NCBI GenBank assembly: GCA_963781885.1
Contig: CAWAHW010000007.1
Span: 448,001 to 512,000, forward strand
DNA length: 64,000 nt
Direction of reading: 5' to 3'
Source of the DNA: an uncultured Spirochaetota bacterium
GTDB lineage: Bacteria; Spirochaetota; Spirochaetia; SZUA-6; Fen-1364
The position numbers and the translations under genes are program-made. The notes under the pieces are model-generated. The model ran no database searches, had not been told where the DNA came from, and saw nothing but the letters and a program-made list of their open reading frames with translations. How positions within the stretch are numbered: the stretch's first letter is position 1; each line of letters starts with the position of its first letter. Positions 37,502 to 45,785 of the stretch are shown here, one piece after another.

Positions 37502-38515
37502 ATGGAGATTATTTCCATTTCGGATCTTCGAAAAAGCTTCAAAGGCCGACGCGGAAAGGGACACCCGGTGCGCGTGGAAGCCGTGAAGGGTATCGATCTT
37601 TCGGTACGGGAAGGGGAGATATTCGGCTTCCTCGGGCCGAACGGCGCAGGGAAAAGCACGACCCTGCGCATCCTCTCCACGCTTCTGCCTGCGGACAGCG
37701 GGAAGGCGGAGATCGCCGGCTGCGATATACGCACGGAACCCCGGAAGGTGCGCCAGCTCATCGGCTACGTGAGCCAGTCAGGCGGCACGGACCCCGATAT
37801 GACGGGGAGGGAGAACATCCTCCTGCAGGCGGGGCTGTACGGGCTCAGCCCGGAAGCGGCGCGACGGCGCGTGGAAGAGCTCACGAAGGCGCTGGAGCTC
37901 GGTGAGTTCGTCGACAGGTTCGCCAAGACCTATTCGGGCGGCCAGAAGCGGAAGCTCGACATCGCGGTGGGCATGGTGCACAGCCCGAAGATCCTTTTCC
38001 TCGACGAGCCGACGACGGGACTGGACCCCCTCAGCAGGGCGCAGCTCTGGGGCCAGATCCGGCTGCTGCGGAGCCTGGGGACAACGGTGTTCCTCACCAC
38101 GCACTACATGGAGGAGGCCGACGCCCTCTGCGACCGGATCGCCATCATGGACCACGGCACGATCGTCGCCCGGGGCACCCCGAGCGAGCTCAAGGCCGGG
38201 GTTCACGGCGACGTCGTGTCGCTCTCCGTGAACCATGTCGAGAATGCGCCGGAGCTCGCCGTCGAGCTGCTGCGGGCGCAGGAGCTCGTGCGGGAGATTT
38301 CGAGCGAAGGGGCCCACCTGAAGCTGATCGTCGCGCATGGAGGCGAGGCACTGCCGGTCATCATGAGGCTCCTGGAGGGGCGGGGCATCGGGGTCGCGGA
38401 GATCGCCGTGGCGCGCCCGTCGCTGGATGATGTCTTTCTTCGCGCCACCGGCCATTCCCTGAAGGAAGAGACGCCGGTGCACGCCGCGGCACAGACCGCA
38501 TATCGCAAGGAGTAG
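37502..38515 (+). CDS. DrrA-like ABC-2 exporter ATP-binding protein
   Basis: GPNGAGKST, YSGGQKRKL, LFLDEPTTGLDP, TTHYMEEAD, PSLDDVFLRATG. Confidence 0.92.
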   Translation: MEIISISDLRKSFKGRRGKGHPVRVEAVKGIDLSVREGEIFGFLGPNGAGKSTTLRILSTLLPADSGKAEIAGCDIRTEPRKVRQLIGYVSQSGGTDPDMTGRENILLQAGLYGLSPEAARRRVEELTKALELGEFVDRFAKTYSGGQKRKLDIAVGMVHSPKILFLDEPTTGLDPLSRAQLWGQIRLLRSLGTTVFLTTHYMEEADALCDRIAIMDHGTIVARGTPSELKAGVHGDVVSLSVNHVENAPELAVELLRAQELVREISSEGAHLKLIVAHGGEALPVIMRLLEGRGIGVAEIAVARPSLDDVFLRATGHSLKEETPVHAAAQTAYRKE

Positions 38516-38518
38516 GAA

Positions 38519-39279
38519 ATGAGCTTTTTCAGGGATCTTCGGCTTCTGTTCGTTCGCTCGGTCAAAGGCAGCCTGCGCAATCCGGTGTGGCTCTTCATCG
38601 GCTTCTTCCAGCCCATCGTCTATCTCCTTCTCTTCGCGCCGCTGCTCACCAATCTCACCGGCATCCCGGGTTTCCCCCGCGGAGGGGCCTACACGGTCTT
38701 CACGCCGGGCCTGCTGGTGATGCTCGCCCTTTTCGGAACGGCATACGCGGGCTTCGGCCTGGTGGAGCATATCCGCGAGGGGTTCCTCGAACGGCTGCTG
38801 GTCACCCCGCGCGCCGGCTCTCCATCCTGCTCGCCTACGTGCTGCGCGACATCGTGGTGCTGCTCGTGCAGTCGGGCATCGTCGTTCTGCTGGCCCTGCC
38901 CCTGGGTCTCGTGGTGGACGGCCGCGGCCTTGTCCTGACATTCGCCATGATGGTGCTGACGGGCATGTTCACCGCCTCCTTCTCCTACGGCCTCGCCATG
39001 GTGCTGAAGCGCGAAGATGCAATGGCATCCGTGATCAACATCCTTGCGACTCCCCTCATGCTTCTGTCGGGCATCACGCTGCCGCTCACGCTCGCGCCGA
39101 AGATCATCCGCTCCATTGCGTCGGTCAATCCATTCGCCTACGAGGTCACGGCGGCGCGTTCCCTTTTCGTTGGGGACTTCGGCGACTCCGCGATCCTTGT
39201 CGGCTTCCTCCTTCTGGGAGTGCTGGCCGTCATTGCCTTCTGGTGGGCAATCCGTTCTTTCCGCAAAGCGGCGGCCTGA
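38519..39279 (+). CDS. DrrB-like ABC-2 permease, 1-nt frameshift near 38805
   Basis: LRNPVW..QPIVYLLLF..GFLERLLVTP continues in another frame as RLSILLAY..LLSGITLPL..NPFAY; adding one C to the CCCC run restores the frame. Confidence 0.85.
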
Positions 39280-39309
39280 CGGACGAAGCGACAAGACGGA
39301 ATGTTCGAC

Positions 39310-39340
39310 AAACGGGCCCGCACGCGGGCCCGTTTTTTTT
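39310..39340 (+). terminator. Rho-independent terminator
   Basis: AAACGGGCCCGC-AC-GCGGGCCCGTTT inverted repeat with a T8 tract. Confidence 0.85.
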
Positions 39341-39389
39341 CTCGCTGTTGCCGCGACGGGTGTCTCATGGTACCATCGGCACCACACAT

Positions 39390-40217
39390 ATGGGCCGGCG
39401 TGTGCTTCCCGTCCTTTCTGTCGCCCTCCTGGTGTTCTTCGTCTATGAGAGCGCCGTCCGCATCCTGCTCGCGCCATTTGTCGCGCTCCCTGACCTGACC
39501 GGGGGCATCGCGGGTCAGACGATCGTCCTCGTGCTCTTCAGCGTCCTTCATTCCATCCACGCCCTGGGCTTTCGGCGCACGCTTATCTTCTTTCTTGCCA
39601 CGGCGATCGTTTCCTGGACGTTCGAGCAGGTGGGCGTGTCGACGGGCATCGTCTATGGCGCCTATCACTATACCGGCGTGCTGGGCGTGAAGCTCGGGCA
39701 CGTCCCCGTCCTCATCCCGCTTGCCTGGTACATGATGATCTACCCCAGCTGGTGCCTTGCGCTCTGCATCGCCGCACGGGGTCCGGTGTCCGAGCCGGGC
39801 TCGCCGCGGGCGGAGAGGCAGGGGACGGGTTTCCTGGGGCCGGTCTTTCTCGCCGCAATGGTCATGACCGCGTGGGACCTCGTGGTGGATCCGCTTCTCT
39901 CAGGGCCCTCCGTCAGGGCATGGGTCTGGGAAAAGGGCGGCCCCTATTTCGGCATCCCGCTGCACAACTATGCCGGCTGGATGGTCACGACATTCGTGGT
40001 CTACTTCCTCTACCGCCTGTACGACCGCGGCACCCGGGGACGCACGGGCGGCCCGCAAAGCGGCTTCATGGCGGCGCTCCCCCTCGTGGCTTACGCCTCC
40101 GTCATGCTCTCCAACTCCATTGCCAATGACCGAAAGGAGATGGTCGTGATCGGTCTTTTCGCCATGGGATTGCCCCTGTGCGCGGCTCTCGTCGGATTCC
40201 GCCGCGCCCACGGTTGA
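39390..40217 (+). CDS. CruF/DUF422-like carotenoid biosynthesis membrane protein
   Basis: EQVGVSTGIVYGAYHY, GHVPVLIPLAW, TAWDLVVDP, WVW, YFGIPLHNYAGW. Confidence 0.82.
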   Translation: MGRRVLPVLSVALLVFFVYESAVRILLAPFVALPDLTGGIAGQTIVLVLFSVLHSIHALGFRRTLIFFLATAIVSWTFEQVGVSTGIVYGAYHYTGVLGVKLGHVPVLIPLAWYMMIYPSWCLALCIAARGPVSEPGSPRAERQGTGFLGPVFLAAMVMTAWDLVVDPLLSGPSVRAWVWEKGGPYFGIPLHNYAGWMVTTFVVYFLYRLYDRGTRGRTGGPQSGFMAALPLVAYASVMLSNSIANDRKEMVVIGLFAMGLPLCAALVGFRRAHG

Positions 40218-40252
40218 CAACGCGGCCGATCGCATCGACATTCTTTTCACGG

Positions 40253-43018
40253 ATGGAGAAGCTGCAGAAAAGAGAGAAGCTGGGCGCGGAGATACGGTTC
40301 CTGGGCCGGGTGCTCGGTGAGGTGATCCGCGACCAGGCGGGTCCCCGGCTGTACGACCTGGAGGAGGAGATACGGCTGGGCGCCCGCGCGCGGCGCGAGG
40401 GGGCCGCGGGGGCGGAAGAGACGCTGCGCGCGCGCATCCACGCAATGAGCGACGCCGAGGCGAGGACGGTCGTGCGCGCGTTCTCCGTCTTCTTCGACCT
40501 CGTGAATCTCGCGGAGGACCGGGAGCGCGTGCGTGTGCTGCGGGAAAGGGAGCGCGCGCGCTACCCCGAGCCGCGCTCGGAATCCATGGAGGAGGCGGTC
40601 CTCCTCATGCGGCGCGCGGGCCTGGACGCGGCAGGCTGCCAGGCGCTTCTTGACCTGCTCTCCATCGGCCTCGTCTTCACCGCGCACCCCACGGAGGCGA
40701 AGCGCCGTTCCGTGCGCACGAAGGTAAGGCTCCTGCGGGAATGCCTCGTGAAGCTCGACGACGCGGAGCTCCTGCCCCGGGAGCGCGACCAGGTCGTCAT
40801 GCAGATCAGGTCCGTGCTTACGGGGCTCTGGCAGACGGACCTCATCCGCCCCCGCAGGCCGAGCGTGCTGGAAGAGGTCGAGGTCGGGCTGTACTTTGCC
40901 GCCACGCTCTGGGAGGTGGCTCCCGCCATCTATGCCGAGCTCACCTGGGCGCTCCAGAGGGTGTATCCCGATGCAGCCTTTCGCATCCCGGCCTTTCTCG
41001 GCTTCGGCTCGTGGATCGGCGGGGACCGGGACGGAAACCCCAATGTGAGCGCCGCGGTGACGGAGCACACGCTGCTGCGGATGCGCACGGCGGCGGTTGC
41101 CGCGCACCTCGACCAGTGCCGCCTTCTGCAAGAGGAGCTCAGCTCTTCTGCCACCCAGGCTGCCGTGTCCGATTCGCTTCGCGCCGCCCTGGAAGCGAGG
41201 CTGCGCGATTTTCCCGCGCTCGCCGCGGTCGTGGAGCCCGTCTCGCCGCACGAGGTATACCGACGCTTCCTGAAGGTCGTGGAATGGCGCCTGGAGCACA
41301 CGGTGGAATCCCTCGACCGGCTCCCCGCCGGTGCGTACCGGTCGGGGACGGAGCTTGCGGCGGACCTTTCCCTGGTGGCGGAGAGCCTCCGCGCGAACAA
41401 TGGCGGCCATATCGTCGAAGGCGACCTGCAGAGCTGGCTCTGGCAGGCGCAGATATTCGGACTGCACAGCGCACGTCTGGACATACGCCAGGAATCGGGA
41501 CGCAACGCCCGCGTCGTGGCCGACATCGCGCGCGCGCTCGGCCTCGCGATGGACTACGCTTCCTTGCCCGAGCGGGAGAAAAGCGCGTTTCTCCGGTCGA
41601 CGCTCGGGACGGTGACGGTGGGAACGGAGGTCGCGCTGGACGAGGATGCGCGGGAGGCTCTTTCCACCTGCGCGGTCCTGGCCCGCGCCGCGTCCACCCT
41701 GGGGGAGGAGGCCCTGGGAGCCTACATCGTCAGCATGACCCACCGACTGAGCGACATCTTGAGCGCGCTCTGGCTCATGCATCTGAAGGCCCCCGGCGGG
41801 GACTTCCTCGGTCCCGCGATGGACATCGTGCCGCTTTTCGAAACGATCCGGGACCTCGACCATGCCGAGGGCATCGTGCGGGAGATGCTGGACGACCCCG
41901 CCTATCGCGGCCATTTGCGGCAGCGGAAGGACACGCAGATCGTCATGATCGGTTATTCGGACAGCACGAAGGACGGGGGCTATCTCGCCGCTTGCTGGGC
42001 CCTGTACACGACGCAGAGCGTCCTGTCGGCGCTGGCCCGCGAGCGCGGCGTGCGGCTCATCTTCTTCCACGGCCGCGGCGGCTCGCTGGGCAGGGGCGGG
42101 GGACCGGCGGCGCGCAGCATCCTCGCCCTGCCGCCCGAATCGCTGGGCGCCGGGCTTCGCATGACGGAGCAGGGCGAGGTCCTTGCCGACCGCTACGACG
42201 ACCCGCACATCGCCGGCCGGCACCTCGAGCAGGTCATCTGGGCCACCGTAGCTTCGTCCGTGCGGCCCCTCTCACCGCCCCGGCCTGCATGGACGGCGGC
42301 GATGGACGAGCTCGCCCGGGAAGCGCTTGCCCAGTATCGCGCGCTCATCGAGGAGCCATGCTTCGTCACCTGGTTCGAAGAGGCCACGCCGATCCGCGAG
42401 ATTGAGTCCATGCCCATCGCCTCCCGTCCCGCCCATCGCTACGAAAATGCCGCCGCGAGTGGCGGCGAAGCGCGCGGCCTCGCCGACCTTCGCGCCATTC
42501 CGTGGGTTTTCGCCTGGACGCAGAATCGCTGCATGATCCCTGCCTGGTATGGCCTGGGAAGCGCATTCCACGCGTTTGCGGCCTCCCGGCCCGACGGGTG
42601 GGAGACCCTGCATGCCATGTATGAAGGCTGGCCTTTCTTCCGTGCGACGCTGGACAATGCGGTGCTCGCGCTGGCCAAGTCCGATCTTCACATCGGCCGG
42701 ATGTACGCGGAGCTTGTGGCAGATGCCGACGCGCGCGAGCGCATCTGGGGCATGATCGCGGAGGAATACGCCCGCAGCCGGGAGGCGGTTCTGCGCACGA
42801 ACGGCCAGCCGGAGCTCCTGGAGGAGATACCCTGGCTCCAGCAGTCGATCCGGGTTCGCAATCCCAACACGGATCCCCTCAATCTCGTGCAGATCGAATG
42901 GCTGGAGCGCCTGCGGGATGCCCGCGCCGCCGGGGATGAGGCGCGGGAGGCTGAATGTCGGGAGCTCCTGCGCCTCTCCATAGAAGGCGTGGCGGCGGGA
43001 ATGCGCACCACCGGGTAG
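40253..43018 (+). CDS. ppc: Phosphoenolpyruvate carboxylase
   Basis: VFTAHPTE, SWIGGDRDGNP, VMIGYSDSTKDGG, FHGRGGSLGRGGGP, TEQGE, LRAIPWVFAWTQ. Confidence 0.96.
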   Translation: MEKLQKREKLGAEIRFLGRVLGEVIRDQAGPRLYDLEEEIRLGARARREGAAGAEETLRARIHAMSDAEARTVVRAFSVFFDLVNLAEDRERVRVLRERERARYPEPRSESMEEAVLLMRRAGLDAAGCQALLDLLSIGLVFTAHPTEAKRRSVRTKVRLLRECLVKLDDAELLPRERDQVVMQIRSVLTGLWQTDLIRPRRPSVLEEVEVGLYFAATLWEVAPAIYAELTWALQRVYPDAAFRIPAFLGFGSWIGGDRDGNPNVSAAVTEHTLLRMRTAAVAAHLDQCRLLQEELSSSATQAAVSDSLRAALEARLRDFPALAAVVEPVSPHEVYRRFLKVVEWRLEHTVESLDRLPAGAYRSGTELAADLSLVAESLRANNGGHIVEGDLQSWLWQAQIFGLHSARLDIRQESGRNARVVADIARALGLAMDYASLPEREKSAFLRSTLGTVTVGTEVALDEDAREALSTCAVLARAASTLGEEALGAYIVSMTHRLSDILSALWLMHLKAPGGDFLGPAMDIVPLFETIRDLDHAEGIVREMLDDPAYRGHLRQRKDTQIVMIGYSDSTKDGGYLAACWALYTTQSVLSALARERGVRLIFFHGRGGSLGRGGGPAARSILALPPESLGAGLRMTEQGEVLADRYDDPHIAGRHLEQVIWATVASSVRPLSPPRPAWTAAMDELAREALAQYRALIEEPCFVTWFEEATPIREIESMPIASRPAHRYENAAASGGEARGLADLRAIPWVFAWTQNRCMIPAWYGLGSAFHAFAASRPDGWETLHAMYEGWPFFRATLDNAVLALAKSDLHIGRMYAELVADADARERIWGMIAEEYARSREAVLRTNGQPELLEEIPWLQQSIRVRNPNTDPLNLVQIEWLERLRDARAAGDEAREAECRELLRLSIEGVAAGMRTTG

Positions 43019-43078
43019 CCCGGATCCGGACACGGGTTCGTGGTAGGCGGCAGGCTCCGCGCGTGGTACATTGGAGCC

Positions 43079-43511
43079 ATGGCAGTAGATTCCATCTCAT
43101 CGGCATCGCCCATCATGTCCGCGTCGATCATGCAGAACCTGAGCAGGCCGGCCGAGACGACCCCGGATGCGCGCGAATCCGCCGCGCAGGAGAACGACTC
43201 TCGTAGAACGGCGGAGGCGGTGAGCGGCGCGGCCCCTGCATCGATCAGCTCCGCGTCATCCCTGAGTGGTCCGCAGGATACCGGGCAGCGCCGGCTCCGT
43301 CGGCACGCGCCTGGAGGTCACCCCGACTCCGAACGACGCGCAGGCTTCCCTCCAGGCATCCGCATCCCAGATCGCGCGCCTGCAGACCTCACCCGAGCAG
43401 CAGAACCCGCAGGCAGTCTCCAACGCCTACCAGAGCCAGGCGGCCGCGCAGAGCCAGATCAGTCAGCAGCAGCAGGCCGAAGGCGCACAGAGCATCAACG
43501 TCATGGCATGA
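43079..43511 (+). CDS. Ser/Gln/Ala-rich hypothetical protein, 1-nt frameshift near 43283
   Basis: MAVDSISSASP... joins ORF 43266-43511 across a GGG run; extended -10 TGgTACATT upstream. Confidence 0.55.
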
Positions 43512-43678
43512 TCGCGGCCCGGGCGGGAAACGATCCTCGCCCGGCCGTAGACGCCTTTGTCGCACGCCTCCCGTCCGGCGCCAGACGGAGGAGCAGCGCA
43601 GGCACAAACAATTTTCCGTAACCCCTGAACCCGTCCATCACCGGGACGCCTGCACCGTAGACCGCAAAGACCGGCGGT

Positions 43679-43707
43679 TTGACAGTGACGCCGCGGAGCA
43701 ATAGCTT
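43679..43707 (+). promoter_or_regulatory. Sigma70-like promoter of lacD-dus
   Basis: TTGACA-17bp-TAGCTT, then GAGGAGG SD. Confidence 0.6.
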
Positions 43708-43737
43708 TGGGAGAGACTCTTCGAGGAGGCAAAATCA

Positions 43738-44760
43738 ATGGCAGTGGAGATACGCAAAGGCAAGGCCGCGGGCATCAATGCATGCGCGAATGACAAGGGC
43801 ATCATTGCCGCGGCGGCAATGGACCAGCGCGGGTCGCTCGAAAAAGCGATCGCCCAGGCCCGCGGGGCGCCTGCCACGCCGGATGACCTTGTGAAGTTCA
43901 AGACCGCGGTGGCGACGGTGCTCACGCGCCATGCCAGCGCCGTGCTCCTGGACCCCGAGTTCGGGCTGCCCGCGGCCAAGGCGCGCGCAAAAGGCACGGG
44001 TGTCCTGCTCGCCTATGAGAAGACCGGCTATGACACGAAGGACGACAGCAGGCTCCCCGACCTCCTTCCCGAATGGAGCGTTCGCAGGCTCGTGGAAGCC
44101 GGCGCCAGCGCCATCAAGATCCTCCTCTATTACAATCCCACGCACCCGGCCCGGGTCAACGATGCGAAGAAAGCCTTTGTCGAGCGCATCGGCGCTGAAT
44201 GCTCCGCCAGCGACGTGCCGTTCTTCCTGGAGACCATCTGCTACAACGACGCCGTTGGCGACGCAAAGAGCATCGAGTTCGCGCGCGCGAAACCGAAATA
44301 CGTGACCGCCTACATGCAGGAGTTCTCCCAGCCCCGCTACGGCGTGGACATCCTGAAGGTGGAGGTGCCGGTGAACATGCAGTTCGTGGAAGGCACCGCG
44401 ACCTTCAAGGGAAGCAAGGCCTACGACAAGAAGGAGGCCATGCGATTATTCCAGGAATCGGCTGCCGCGGCAAAGGTGCCCTTCATCTACCTGAGCGCCG
44501 GTGTGACCGACGAGGTCTTCCGGGAGACGCTCGAGCTTGCCGCCGAGGCGGGCACGCCCTTCTCCGGCGTTCTCTGCGGCCGCGCCACGTGGCAGGACGG
44601 GATCCCCGTGTTCGCCACCAAGGGCTACGACGCCCTTGTGGCCTGGCTCTCCGACCGGGGGGTGAAGAACATCACGGCCCTGAACCAGGTCCTCGCCAAA
44701 GGGGCGCGTGCGTGGTGGGATTTCTACGGCGGCAAGAAGAAAATCAAGCTCGTTGACTGA
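43738..44760 (+). CDS. lacD: Tagatose-1,6-bisphosphate aldolase (class I, LacD family)
   Basis: AAAMDQRGSL, SAVLLDPEFG, LLAYEKTGYD, GVDILKVEVPVN, PFIYLSAGV, GVLCGRATW. Confidence 0.9.
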   Translation: MAVEIRKGKAAGINACANDKGIIAAAAMDQRGSLEKAIAQARGAPATPDDLVKFKTAVATVLTRHASAVLLDPEFGLPAAKARAKGTGVLLAYEKTGYDTKDDSRLPDLLPEWSVRRLVEAGASAIKILLYYNPTHPARVNDAKKAFVERIGAECSASDVPFFLETICYNDAVGDAKSIEFARAKPKYVTAYMQEFSQPRYGVDILKVEVPVNMQFVEGTATFKGSKAYDKKEAMRLFQESAAAAKVPFIYLSAGVTDEVFRETLELAAEAGTPFSGVLCGRATWQDGIPVFATKGYDALVAWLSDRGVKNITALNQVLAKGARAWWDFYGGKKKIKLVD

Positions 44761-45772
44761 AAGTCCTGCCGTCGGCATTTGGGGGGCGCTCCCCCGGCCC
44801 TTCTCCGTTCTCGCGCCCATGGAAGACGTCACCGACACTGTGTTCCGCCGGGTCATACGCTCCGTCGGGGCGCCGGACCTTTTTTTCACCGAGTTCACCA
44901 GCACCGACGGCTTGTGCACGGCGGGCAGGCCGCGTGTCGTCGGCAGGCTGCGCTACACGGAGGAGGAGCGCCCCCTGATCGCGCAGCTGTGGGGCAACCA
45001 TCCCGAGCGCTACCTGCGGGTCGCCGCGGAGGTCCGGGCCATGGGCTTCGACGGCATCGACCTCAACATGGGCTGCCCCGTGCGCAAGGTCGTCAAGCGC
45101 GGCGAGTGCGGCGCGCTGATCGAGACGCCGGCACGTGCCGCGGAGCTCATCGCGGCGGCGCGTGAAGGGGCGGGCGGCCTGCCGGTGAGCGTGAAGACGC
45201 GCATCGGCGTGGCGCATTCCCGGGCGGAGGAATGGATCGGCTTTCTGCTTGCGCAGGGCCTGAGCGCGCTCACCGTGCACGGCCGGACGGTCGCGCAGCA
45301 GTCGGACGGCCACGCCGACTGGGGCGCGGTGGCTCTTGCCGTGCGGCTTCGAAACTCCCTGGGTGTGCCGACGCGCATCGTGGGCAATGGCGACGTGAAG
45401 TCAGCGGCGCAGTTCCGCGCGCGAGCGGAAGAAACGGGCGCCGACGGCATCATGATCGGCCGAGGGGTCTTCGAGAATATTTTCGTGTTCAGGATGATCC
45501 ACGAAATGCAGGCGAGCCAGGGGTCAGGGGCGGATTTCGCGCTCATCCCCCCCCGGGAAAAGATCGGCTATTTCAGGAGCCACATGATCATCCATCGCGA
45601 GACGTGGGGAGAGGGCAGGAGCTTCCACAGCCTGAAGAAGTTCGCAAAGACCTACCTACGTGCCTTCGAGGGTGCGGGAGCCCTCATGGACCAGGTGATG
45701 CATTGCAACAATCACGACTCCGCCCTCGCGGTGCTGGATGCCTGGACGCCCGCGCTTCCGGCCCGGGCGTGA
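44753..45772 (+). CDS. tRNA-dihydrouridine synthase (Dus family)
   Basis: LAPMEDVTD, GIDLNMGCP, PVSVKTRIG, LTVHGRT, GNGDV, GIMIGRG; start uncertain (TTG overlapping the lacD end). Confidence 0.9.
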   Translation: MTESPAVGIWGALPRPFSVLAPMEDVTDTVFRRVIRSVGAPDLFFTEFTSTDGLCTAGRPRVVGRLRYTEEERPLIAQLWGNHPERYLRVAAEVRAMGFDGIDLNMGCPVRKVVKRGECGALIETPARAAELIAAAREGAGGLPVSVKTRIGVAHSRAEEWIGFLLAQGLSALTVHGRTVAQQSDGHADWGAVALAVRLRNSLGVPTRIVGNGDVKSAAQFRARAEETGADGIMIGRGVFENIFVFRMIHEMQASQGSGADFALIPPREKIGYFRSHMIIHRETWGEGRSFHSLKKFAKTYLRAFEGAGALMDQVMHCNNHDSALAVLDAWTPALPARA

Positions 45773-45785
45773 GCTGGCCGGTCCC

